Under the pieces are notes generated by a model. The model saw only the letters and a program-made list of their open reading frames with translations. It searched no databases and was not told the origin of the DNA. This document shows, in pieces, positions 12,480-22,200 of a stretch of 64,000 nucleotides of DNA (position 1 is its first letter; the number at the start of each line of letters is the position of its first letter). This DNA comes from Cyanophora paradoxa CCMP329. Taxonomy: Eukaryota > Plantae > Glaucophyta. Position numbers and translations under genes: made by a program. The stretch is taken from positions 4,302 through 68,301 of the forward strand of contig QPMI01000595.1 in NCBI GenBank assembly GCA_004431415.1. Reading direction: 5' to 3'.

Positions 12480-12881
12480 ATGAATACTCATCGAGGCTTC
12501 CATGTGATGCTGGATTACAAATTCAGAACCCAATTAGCAGTAGGAATGGAGGACTTGGAGACAACAACCAGGTGGTTAATGCAGTTCTTGCAAACTATTA
12601 TTCAAGAGCAAGGTATTCGAGTAGTTCACAAGCATTGCGAGATTTTCGATGGTGGTATTTCTCCTCCTGGTTTTGCAATGGTTCTTCTGCTGGATGAGAG
12701 CCATTGCACTGCTCATTGTTACTCAAATGAAGGTATGTTGGCGATTGATATATTCAGTTGTGGATTAGAAGCAGAGAGAAAAACCACGAGAGTATCTCAT
12801 GAGATAGATGAGAGAATAACAGGTGTGTTTTCAGGGTTGGAGAAATCGGAGAAACATAGAGTATTGCGATTTCCGAGTTAG
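12480..12881 (+). CDS. speD: Pyruvoyl-dependent S-adenosylmethionine decarboxylase family proenzyme (short prokaryotic type)
   Basis: G.HVMLD, PPGF..V.LLDESHC.AH.Y...G..AIDIFSCG with E-SH self-cleavage motif; 133 aa. Confidence 0.85.
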   Translation: MNTHRGFHVMLDYKFRTQLAVGMEDLETTTRWLMQFLQTIIQEQGIRVVHKHCEIFDGGISPPGFAMVLLLDESHCTAHCYSNEGMLAIDIFSCGLEAERKTTRVSHEIDERITGVFSGLEKSEKHRVLRFPS

Positions 12882-12910
12882 TTGACACTGAGAAATTCAG
12901 AATTTCAGAT

Positions 12911-13456
12911 GGTCTTACTGAAAATGGTCAGATAATCGGGTGTGACACCTATTTAATTGACTGTGACGCCTCTTTAATTGACTGTGACGCCTGTGACGCC
13001 TGTGACGCCTACTTTCAAACTTTTTAAAATTTTCAAAAATGACAGACTTCTTAAAACAGCCGTCACAGCCGTCACAGGCGTCACACCCAATTAAAAATGG
13101 AATCTCTTTCTCTTACTGAGATATTCAAAAATATATTCTTGTCTTACTGAAATCCGTCTTGTGACACCTCTGACACCTACAAAACACTATCCATTAATCC
13201 ACCTTTCCGAAAATGCGAAGTTGTCTTACTGGAAATGGTCTGCAATTTCGCTGTGACACCTAATTTAATTGAGTGTGACGCCTGTGACGCCTGTGACACC
13301 TACTTTCAAACTTTTTAAAATTTTCAAAAATGACAGACTTCTGAAAACAGGCGTCACAGCCGTCACAGGCGTCACAGACATTCCACCCCTCTTACTGACT
13401 TTCTCAAAAACAAAACTATCTCTTACTGAATATCATTTGAATACTACCTGTCACAC
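12911..13456. repeat. Duplicated iteron-like array: tandem TGTGAC(G/A)CC, AT-rich core, inverted (G/A)G(C)CGTCACA copies, plus repeated CTTACTG
   Basis: Two near-identical units (about 12940-13086 and 13251-13377); CTTACTG occurs six times. Confidence 0.85.
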
Positions 13457-13779
13457 TTGATCTCAATTATTCTGTTTTATAGAACATATGCAATCTAATC
13501 GACAAGATCCGTGCTCCTGCGGAGCACTAAGTACGGCGAAGCCTCGCGGACGCCCTCGCGGCTGTCACAGTGGGCCTATAGGGCACTCAGCGACTGGCCA
13601 GCGAACAGCTTTCTGGCTGGAAGCTGGCTAGCTGACGGCCAGTCCAGCTAGCCCTGGCCGGCTAGAGGAATATTAATGTGCTGAGGAAATAAAGGGTGGA
13701 GCATACTGAGAGGAGATTAATTATATAATATTGTTGGGAAGGAGGCCCGGGAGGGGCGAGGTTCTCCAAGGCTCGCGGC

Positions 13780-14700
13780 CAGGCGCATGCACAGAGCTTG
13801 CGAATCGCTTAAACAGAATCTCGAATGCATATAGCATCGATGTGCGGGGCTGCGGAGGGGAGGGCGCGCGGAAAGATGTGCAGGCGTGGCCAGGATAGAA
13901 TTTTTGCGTCGGCTGGATTGCCGCGCCCTGTCGCGTCTGCAGAGCTTGCGAAAGGCTTTTAAAAGATCTTAGATGAATATTGTAGCGATGCGCATGCGTG
14001 AGGATGCGAGGGCGCGCGGAAAGATGTTCAGGTCCGTCAAGGATCGAATTTTCGTGGTCGGCTGGGTCCTCGCGGCCCGGCGCATACGCAATGCATGCGG
14101 AAGGCTTTGCGGACATCTCAAATGCTTATACTATTGTTCCGTGCATGCGCCGCGGCGTGGGCGCGCGGAAAGCTGTCCGGGCCTGTCCAGGATCAAAGTT
14201 TTGCCGCCGGCTGGGTTCTCGTGCTCTTTCGCGTCTTCCAAGCTTGTGGAAGGCTTTGATAAAATCCCAAATGAATATGGTAGCGATGCGCTCTCGCGTG
14301 AGGATGCGAGGGCGCGCGGAAAGCTGTGCAGGTCCGTGAAGGATCGAATTTTCGGGGTCGGCTGGGTCCTCGCGGCCCGGCGCATCTGTAAACTGTGCGG
14401 AATGCTTTGTCTACATCTCAAATGCTTATGATATCGTTCCGCGCGTGCGCCGCGGCGCGGGCGCGCGGAAAGATGTCCGGGCCTGTGCAGGATCGAATTT
14501 TTGCTGTCGGGTACCTTCCTGCGCTGTTCGGCCTCTGAAAAGCGGATCCTACATCTTAAATGCTTATGCTATCGTTCCGCGCATGCGCCGCGGCGTGGGC
14601 GCGCGGAAAGATGTCAGGGCGCGTGCAGGATCGAATTTTGGCCGTCGGGTACCTTCCTGCGCTGTTCCGGCTCCGAAAAGCGGATTTCGGGGGTGCGCAG
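13780..14700. repeat. GC-rich degenerate tandem repeat, about 140-150-bp period with about 300-bp higher-order dimer
   Basis: GGCGCGCGGAAAG(A/C)TGT recurs at about 13864, 14011, 14160, 14311, 14460 and 14598. Confidence 0.85.
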
Positions 14701-15239
14701 GCCCTGCTATGTCCATGCGCGCCAGTACGCATCGATTGCGCGCGTCGCGGGACCGGCCGGAACCGGCCGGATCAAATTTTCGGCCGACTCTTCGCACTGG
14801 AGCGTCGACGGCGCTTGAAATCGAGCTTGCGGCGATGCGCTCGCCCTCGCGCGGCATTCTGTATCGTTCTGGGGCGTCCCTGGCGCGATTTCGTCGCGGG
14901 ACCGGGCGGGACCGGGTCCCACCTTCTGACTCGGACTGCATTTGTCGGAGGTTAAGTACCGGAATTGATCCAGAGGGAAATTCGATTTTCGCGCGACGCC
15001 CACGGGCGAGCGGTCGTCTTAGGGGAGCCACGACGCTAAAAATGGATCTAGAGAGGTCTGTGGGGGTTAGGGTAGCTGAGTCATTAGCGGCAATCGCGTC
15101 CGTGTCGAGGCAGAATTAATAATTCGTCCTCGAGGGAGTGCGACGCGGAAATTATTTAGCAGGGGGGATCTTGAGTGGAAAAAAAGGTTAAAAAAGGAAT
15201 TTATATCGGCGGTTTTTGGGTTTGAGAAAGAGGCTTCGC

Positions 15240-15697
15240 CTGATTGTTCAATTGGAGACCATGCAACTCTGTGACACTTTTTCGGTGCAAAAATGTAAAT
15301 CCGCAATTCCATCGATTGTTTAATTGGACGTGATGCAGTTCCGATATATTCCAATAGAAAATCCCGCAATCTGATCGATTGTTTAATTGGACATAATGCA
15401 ACTCTGTGACACTTTTTCGGTGCAAAAATGTAAATCCGCAATTCCATCGATTGTTTAATTGGACATGATGCAACTCTGTGACACTTTTTCGGTGCAAAAA
15501 TGTAAATCCGCAATTCCATCGATTGTTTAATTGGACGTGATGCAGTTCCGATATATTCCAATAGAAAATCCCGCAATCTGATCGATTGTTTAATTGGACA
15601 TAATGCAACTCTGTGACACTTTTTCGGTGCAAAAATGTAAATCCGCAATTCCATCGATTGTTTAATTGGACATGATGCAACTCTGTGACACTTTTTG
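15240..15697. repeat. Composite tandem repeat (72-bp and 63-bp subunits, 207-bp higher-order unit)
   Basis: ATCGATTGTTTAATTGGAC starts each subunit; GGACGTGATG at 15326 and 15533; the 72-bp unit contains TGTGACAC. Confidence 0.9.
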
Positions 15698-16017
15698 CGT
15701 TTTTCGATACAGAATGGGCGGTGGTCTACTTCAATACCAGAGAGATATATCGAGTTTATGCGAATTTATGCGAATTTATGCGAATTAATCGCGATTATAT
15801 CGTTCTTTAAGTAGTTTAATGTTAATCAATCGAAGTTATATATGTAATCGACAAAGAACATAATATATCGATATAATATCGATCGAATCAATCGTGAATA
15901 TGCATTAAATTAAACGCGTTTATCATTTTTAATACAAAGTTTGCATTAATTTATACAAAGTTTGCATAAAAAGTTAAAGAAATTAATCGATAAATATGTA
16001 TTTTAGTAGTTAAATTA

Positions 16018-16112
16018 ACACATATTGAAAAACGAATTTAAATCCAGAGTGAATCGAGATCGCGAAGCGATCGAGATGAACGAGGGATTTAAATTCGTTT
16101 TTCAATATGTGT
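16018..16112 (+). repeat. 95-nt terminal hairpin (perfect 28-bp inverted repeat ACACAT...ATGTGT), inferred right end of element A
   Basis: 16018-16045 is the exact reverse complement of 16085-16112; 19/28 identical to the element B terminal 28-mer. Confidence 0.85.
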
Positions 16113-16238
16113 CAGTGAGACCTGGGGATAGATAAAGTTCGCTTGAACCTTTGGTAGTGAGGAGCTCCTTTAGAGTTGTTCCTGCTTGCGCCATTTGCTA
16201 TTATAGACCAGAAAATTTTCATGCATATTGTTGTAAAG

Positions 16239-17117
16239 ATGAAGCTCCGCGTAAATGTCGATTCTAGGGACCGGTTCGAAGGCACGTCCTCGAATTTCAA
16301 GATCAATCTCCCAAGGCCCCTCGTTAATGTAAAGTCGGTGCGAGTTGATTCGCTAGAACTGTTTCATAACATGTTCAACCTGTCAACACAAGCCGCAATT
16401 ATCACCGGCACTCTTGATCCCTCTGGCGTTGAGAAAACGCGTGCTAATGCTTTCAAGCCCGGAGTCTATACGCCAACCTCCCTTGCAAACTATCTAAGCA
16501 CGCTTCTTAAAACCCAGCAGTATAGTTACGGCGGAACTACTTATCAGCGCAAGTTCGTCGTTCAGTTTGAAGAGATCTCAATGAGGCTTAGGTTCCTGTG
16601 TGAAGCGGACTTTATTTTGAGCTTCACATCGGCCGAACTAGCGAACCTGCTCGGGTTTGCGAAGACTCTCAGTGACCTTTCAAGTGAGCTTGACACACCT
16701 GAGACAATCGATGGCGTACAATATTCGTACGAGCTGTTCAGCGATATGCCAGTTGATCTACTTTATCACACGTATTTGTTCCTGTACATTCAGCAGATCA
16801 AAGGACCGATCTTGACACTTAACCCCTATACAACGGGCTCGATCGCAAAGATTCACATCGACTCAAAATTCGGGGAGCTCATCAAGTTCACATCTGAGGA
16901 TCGTGTTCCCGTCACAGGCTTCGATCGAAACGCTGAGCTGTCTGAACTTGACATATCGCTGCGCTATCATAATGGAACAGACGCTGTCACAAACACGGAG
17001 TTCTCGTTCGTGCTAGAGTTCGATATCGAGGATGTCTCTTACACGTCTGCTGCTGCTAAATCCGCAATCAAGAATGCAGCCAGCGAGTACGTCCCCTTCG
17101 ACAGATCGTTCGCATAA
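16239..17117 (+). CDS. Minor capsid (penton)-like protein of a third viral element (remnant C)
   Basis: MKLRVNVDSRDR..SSNFKINLP.P..NVKSV.V.SLE start and LDISLR..NG.....N.EFSFVLEF end; same pattern as 37714-38646 but higher GC. Confidence 0.7.
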   Translation: MKLRVNVDSRDRFEGTSSNFKINLPRPLVNVKSVRVDSLELFHNMFNLSTQAAIITGTLDPSGVEKTRANAFKPGVYTPTSLANYLSTLLKTQQYSYGGTTYQRKFVVQFEEISMRLRFLCEADFILSFTSAELANLLGFAKTLSDLSSELDTPETIDGVQYSYELFSDMPVDLLYHTYLFLYIQQIKGPILTLNPYTTGSIAKIHIDSKFGELIKFTSEDRVPVTGFDRNAELSELDISLRYHNGTDAVTNTEFSFVLEFDIEDVSYTSAAAKSAIKNAASEYVPFDRSFA

Positions 17118-17142
17118 GTTTTTTCCCACTACTAGTTAAAAG

Positions 17143-17784
17143 ATGTCGACAGACAAGCAGTCTCGGCTGCGCACTCCGCGAAAGAAATTGCTTGAAGTCG
17201 CTTCCAGCCATACTAAGAAGAATCACATTGAGTTCCTGAGTGGTGATACTGATGCTTACCCGCTAGCCCGTCGCGCTGGTGGCGGTGAGGGTGCATCCAA
17301 CGACTATGCTCTTACCGCCGACGAGAACGCTATTCTTGATAAGATCCCGAATTCGCGCACTAAGAAGACCAAGACTAGCAAGCTGAAGGATACTGACGAT
17401 GGGCCGCTGTACATCTCAGAGACGGCTAATCGTAGCAGGTATTTCATTAAAACTGTGACCGGCCTTAAAACAGTTTCAAAGAAGCGAGCTAGTGATCTTA
17501 TAGCTGGCATCGCAGCTGAGACTAAGATGGAAAACAAGATTTTAAATGAACCGATCACGAAGACCAAGATTGATAAGAAGGTTGCCCCTCCTGCAGCTGC
17601 TGTTCCTGCCAAGACGATCGTTGCGATCCCTGAGGTCGATGAGAATGCTAGCGAGCTGCCTGTAGCTAACGCATCGATCCTGCGCATCGCCTCTAGCAGT
17701 GCTGATCCTGTCGGGCCGGCGATCGAGTACAAGCCAATGCTGAGCGGCTTCACTAAGCTAGGGCTCCGGCATCGCTGGGAGTGA
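17143..17784 (+). CDS. Hypothetical lysine-rich viral protein (remnant C)
   Basis: Intronless 213-aa ORF 25 bp after the penton-like gene, with AAAGATG start context like the other viral genes. Confidence 0.55.
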   Translation: MSTDKQSRLRTPRKKLLEVASSHTKKNHIEFLSGDTDAYPLARRAGGGEGASNDYALTADENAILDKIPNSRTKKTKTSKLKDTDDGPLYISETANRSRYFIKTVTGLKTVSKKRASDLIAGIAAETKMENKILNEPITKTKIDKKVAPPAAAVPAKTIVAIPEVDENASELPVANASILRIASSSADPVGPAIEYKPMLSGFTKLGLRHRWE

Positions 17785-17930
17785 CCGATTGGCGCACCGC
17801 CGCAGCAGGCGCCGCTAGCCTACTAGGCCGGGCTAGTAGTATCATAATAATATTAATCATATACTAGTAGTATCATAGCCGCCCGTTCCACATAATTCCG
17901 ATCGATCATGCCCCACCTTGCCTGTACACG

Positions 17931-17992
17931 CCCCCACAGTGCTGGAGTAGACTAGAGGCTGTGGCCGGTAATTCACCAAAAAAAAAATATAG
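17931..17992 (+). repeat. About 60-bp dispersed repeat, inverted copy at 59568-59635
   Basis: CCCCCACAGTGCTGG...GTGGCCGGTAATTCACCAAAAAAAA matches the reverse complement of 59568-59635 with a few mismatches and indels. Confidence 0.75.
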
Positions 17993-18293
17993 CCAATGGA
18001 TGCCGCAATATGCAATGCGCTAATAATTAAATTGCATTCTTACAGTTATTAAGTTCTCAGATTACAGGAAGTTCTTAAAGGAGTGTACCCCCGGACCTCT
18101 ACTAATGGTAATTACTCGCTAGGGGGGTAGACCTCTTTTAGAACTTCCTGTAAAAACAAGTTCATTCAATTCTCTCTCAAGTTCTCTCTTTACTAGTAAT
18201 AAGCCGGTGATTGCCAAGCCAGCTACGGTAGCTGCCGGGCCAGTAGTACTAGTTGGCCAGTAGTAGCCTAGTACACGTGGCAGTGTCCACAAG

Positions 18294-18718
18294 TACTTTG
18301 GACAAAAGTTCACGTCCAGAGGTCGCTAAGCGACTTTGGACAAAAGTTCACGTCCAAGATCCTCAACCCTGCTGGCACATCCCGACGCATGTTTTGCACA
18401 ATCCAACCTCTAGTATAGCGGCACTATAGCCTCGTTTGCACTATTGGAGATGTCTGCACGAGTTGCTAGCTGACTTGGGTGTCGTTCTGGAGTTCGTGAC
18501 TTTGGACAAAAGTTCACGTCCAAGATCCTCAACCCTGCTGGCACATCCCAACGCATGTTTTGCACGATCCGACCTCTAGTATAGCCTCGTTCGCACTATT
18601 GGAGACGCCTGCACGAATTGATAGTTGACTTGGGTGGCGTTCTGGAGTTCGTGACTTTGGACAAAAGTTCACGTCCAAGGTCGCCAAGTGACTTTGGACA
18701 AAAGTTCACGTCCAAGAT
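18294..18718. repeat. Tandem repeat with five copies of ACTTTGGACAAAAGTTCACGTCCA and two about 155-165-bp units
   Basis: Core at about 18294, 18333, 18499, 18654 and 18691; intervening sequences are themselves duplicated. Confidence 0.85.
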
Positions 18719-19299
18719 CTCCCGGAGAGTCCAAGCTTCTAGGCAACCTCACTCATAGGTGTCAGATCGCTGATTCACAGACCGACGCGTTTGGGGGGCC
18801 CGCCTCAATTCACTGCTATATCTTTTGCAAGATCGCTCGGACTAGACACCAGATACTACCTAGCGGTTGCTGGATGGAAGGGGAGGTAGACCAGAGGGAG
18901 AGGAGGGCGGTAGACGTAGCGGAAGGGGCTTACGTATACGCTGCCCCGCGCAGCCCGGAGACCGTCGGACCTATAGCTAACTAAAGCAGCGTATACGTAA
19001 GCCCCGGGCAAGACCGGACTAGGTACTCGCGGAGGCGAAATGTGAGCGCGCGGCGATGCGATCGTGGTTGCGCGACCCTCTCTTGAGCTCACCATCCGCG
19101 CGCGAAGGGGATGCGGCGCGAGTTCGGTGGGCCCAAGCGATCTGCCTCCCGATCCCCCAGCCGCAAACGCGGTCGCTATCGGTGTGTGAGCGCGCTAATT
19201 ATAAGGTTTCACGGATGATATATCATAATCACGTAGAGCACCCGTGACCTTTCCCCGCCGCGCAGCTCCGGGGACTCGAGCCGCAGCGGCCTTGGCAGG

Positions 19300-22200
19300 G
19301 GCGCCCGAGCCGAATGTGCATGCGCAGGCGGCAGCGGTGGAGCCGGCAGCGCCAGCCGCGGCGGTCGGTCTCTTGAGCAATGTCTCGGCCAGCATCGGGC
19401 GTATGGTGATTGTGGCTTCATTTTCAGAATTGAAGCCATCAAGCTTAGCTTGCGCTCAGCTATATATAGCCTCACTCGTAATATCCGTGCGCAGGAGGCC
19501 GTGGCGGAGGAGCTAGCGAGCGCACAGCGCGAGGCTGCGATGCTGATGGCGGATCTGGCGGCCGCGGGGCGGGCGGCCGCCGCAGGCGCCCCGTCAGCTC
19601 TTGATGAGACTGGTCTCCTTAGCAACGTCTCTGCTAGCGTCGGGCGCATGGTAACTCGACTCCTTGTACATGTCCCGCCTCAATATACAGCTTACATGCG
19701 AGTCCCGGACCGCAGCTTTCGATGCTGGACACAGCATCGCGGCCCGAGGGGGAGGAGGTGCGGGAGGCCGCGCGGCCGGTGGGCCAGGAGCTGCTGGCCG
19801 GGGCCCGGCGGGCCGAAGGGGCCCTCCGGGGTATCCTCGAGGAGCGCGCCCAGGTGCCCTGGCCTAATTATCGATCGCGATCGTTATCCCTCGCGCTCCC
19901 CCGTGGCCTTCAATTTGATTATCGATCGCCCCTGCGCGTTATCCCTATCCCTCGCGCGCCCCTGTGGCCGTTATCCCTCGCGCGACCCCGCCCCCGGCCC
20001 GTTATCGATAAATTATATAAACCCTCGTGGCCTCCAATTCTAATTGTCGATCGTTACCCCTCGCGCGCCGGGCCCCCGATCGGTTCCGCTCCCTTCTGTG
20101 CAGGTCGAGGCGCGGGTGCGCGCGCTGGCGGAGGAGCTCGAGGCGTCCCGAGCGGGCGCCGCCGAGCTGAGGGCCCTCATGGAGGACCTGAAGCGCGCGA
20201 CGGCGGGGGCGGCGGGGGCGGCGGGGGCGGGGGCTTCGACGCCGGGCTATGGCCAGCGGGCCTCCACGGGCGGATCGATATCCGGAGCGCCGGCGGGACG
20301 TCTGCCCCCCCTGCAGGAGCGCCCGCAGGAGGCGCTAGCGGCGGCGATGGCCATGGGGCGGCCGCGGGTGGGCGGCCCCGGCGAGGCGGCGCAAGGTCAG
20401 CCTGTGGCCGTCGGCGGCGGCGGCGGCGTCGGCGGCTTCGAATTCGGGCTCGCCGGTGGATCCGGAGGCGGCGAGCGGTCCGCACTGCCGGGCTCGGCTC
20501 TGCAGCGCAACCCGCGCGGCGGCGCTGGCAAGGCAGTGCAGGGCCGGCATCCCGCTGTCGCCCAAGTCAAGCTTCAGGGCATTTCGCTGTCGCCCAAGTG
20601 CGGCGAACGGGGCACCAAGTGTACGGTGCCGTACTGCACGAGGCGAACCGGGCGTACGGAAGAGGCCATCGTTAAAGAGCTCAAAACGAAGACTAGCGTC
20701 GAGCGGAAGTTTACGGACACCGACTTCCCTGCTAAGGCTTCCAGCCTCTTCAAAGATGCCAGCAGGCCGACTCCCGGTGAGCTAGCTAATTATAAGCCCG
20801 CCGACGCTGCTTTAATTTGTCCAACTCGAACTCGTCCTCGCAGGGCACATCGCCGAGGAGCACATCCAATGTGCCGCCGTGTTTGCGTTTCGTAACGCAT
20901 GCCTTATAGTTAGCTGATCGTATGAGCGCTTCGCGCAGGGTGCCGTCCCTCGCAGTTCTGCGGCCCGAACGCCCAGCTGTTCAAAGGCGCGGAGGGTGGG
21001 AGCGCGGATGTGCACGTGGTGGAGGAGGGCGACATCGAGGCGGGAGACGTGATCCAAGGCATGCTCGGCGACCGTTGGTTTCTGGGAGCGCTCAGCGGTT
21101 CGCGCGGCGCCGCTGTCGTCGTCACGCCATGTCCGACACGCGTCCTCAGTTTGCGCGACTCGCCCGGAGCTCATGAAGCGGCTCTGGGTGTCCATCAAAA
21201 ACGGCAAGGAGCACGGCATCTACACGCTCGCGTTCTACAAGGACGACTGCTGGCACGTATCCTTGAGGGCCGGGCCACTCGCCGCGAGCTCGAGCGGCTG
21301 CATGCGCCTCGCCACGCGCTCGCGCTCTGCCCTTGATGCGGCTACTTATTAGGAAATCGTGGTAGACGACCAGATCCCATGCACGATGTCAAGCGATTGC
21401 AAGCCGCTGTACGCGCGCTGCAAGGACAACGAGGAGTTTTGGGCGCCCATCGTGGAAAAGGCGTATGCAAAGCTGCACCAGTGCTACGAGACTTTGATCT
21501 CGGGCTTCGTCGGCTACGCCATGAAGGACCTTACAGGGGGCTCACCCCACCTCGAGTGCGTTCGGGACCGGCGTCCGATCGCGCGCAAGGCCAGCTGGCC
21601 CGGGCGGCCATGGGCGGCCCGTGGGTGCTGACGGCGGCCGCGGCCGGCTCGCAGGAAATGGAAGCCGGAGGAGTACGAGAACGAGAAGAATCCGCTGAAC
21701 GAGCGTGCGGTCGAACTCTGGCAGGACCTTCGCTTCTTTATTGCGCAGGGGTACGCCGTTTTCCGTTCCCCATGCTTTCCCAGCCCACGTCTCCTCAGGT
21801 GCCTCATGGGGTGCGCCTTCTCGTACTCGGGTGTGGCGGAGGCGCCGGCGCCCGGGGCGGATGGCATCCTTCGCGGGCACGTGTACGGCCTTCTGGCACT
21901 TGAGGAGGTCCCGACCACGCGCGAGGGCCGCCGCGAGACGCTGCGAATGCTGCACGTCCGGAACCCGTGGGGCAAGAAGGAGTGGGGCGGCAGGTGGTCC
22001 GACAAGTCCGGCGAGTGGAGCGCGTTCCCGGCCGTCGCGGTGCGGCCGCTCGCCCGGTCCCTACCCCTCCCTCCCCCGCCAGTTGCTGAGAGGGGTACGT
22101 GCGCATGGCCGTGCAGACGGCGCTCTCGCACAAGGACGAGGAGGACGGCGCCTTCTGGATGGAGTACAGGGATTTCCTCCGGAACTACAACACCGTCTAC

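Larger units (their letters stand above)
1..16112. mobile_element. Element A: right portion of an endogenous Polinton/Maverick-like virus (left end outside window)
   Basis: AT-rich, intronless, gene-dense block with pPolB, rve integrase and homologues of element B genes. Right end inferred from the ACACAT...ATGTGT hairpin at 16018-16112, which resembles element B termini. Whether 13500-15700 belongs to it is uncertain. Confidence 0.7.

Noticed and set aside
1-13460. Prophage or bacterial contamination suggested by phage-like fibres and SpeD
   Set aside because: The genes sit with Polinton-type pPolB and rve integrase, and the sister element has clean TSD junctions inside a spliceosomal intron.
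15061-15075. TTAGGG telomere-like word
   Set aside because: Single copy, no array.
13721-15119. Several overlapping ORFs on both strands
   Set aside because: By-products of a GC-rich tandem repeat; no protein motifs.
15067-15680. ORFs of 195 and 159 aa with repeated peptides, and CRISPR-like periodicity
   Set aside because: Translations of a non-coding tandem repeat whose units recur; no unique spacers.
18294-18718. CRISPR-like repeat-spacer appearance
   Set aside because: Spacers are irregular (about 14 versus 130-140 bp) and duplicate each other; no cas genes; eukaryotic context.
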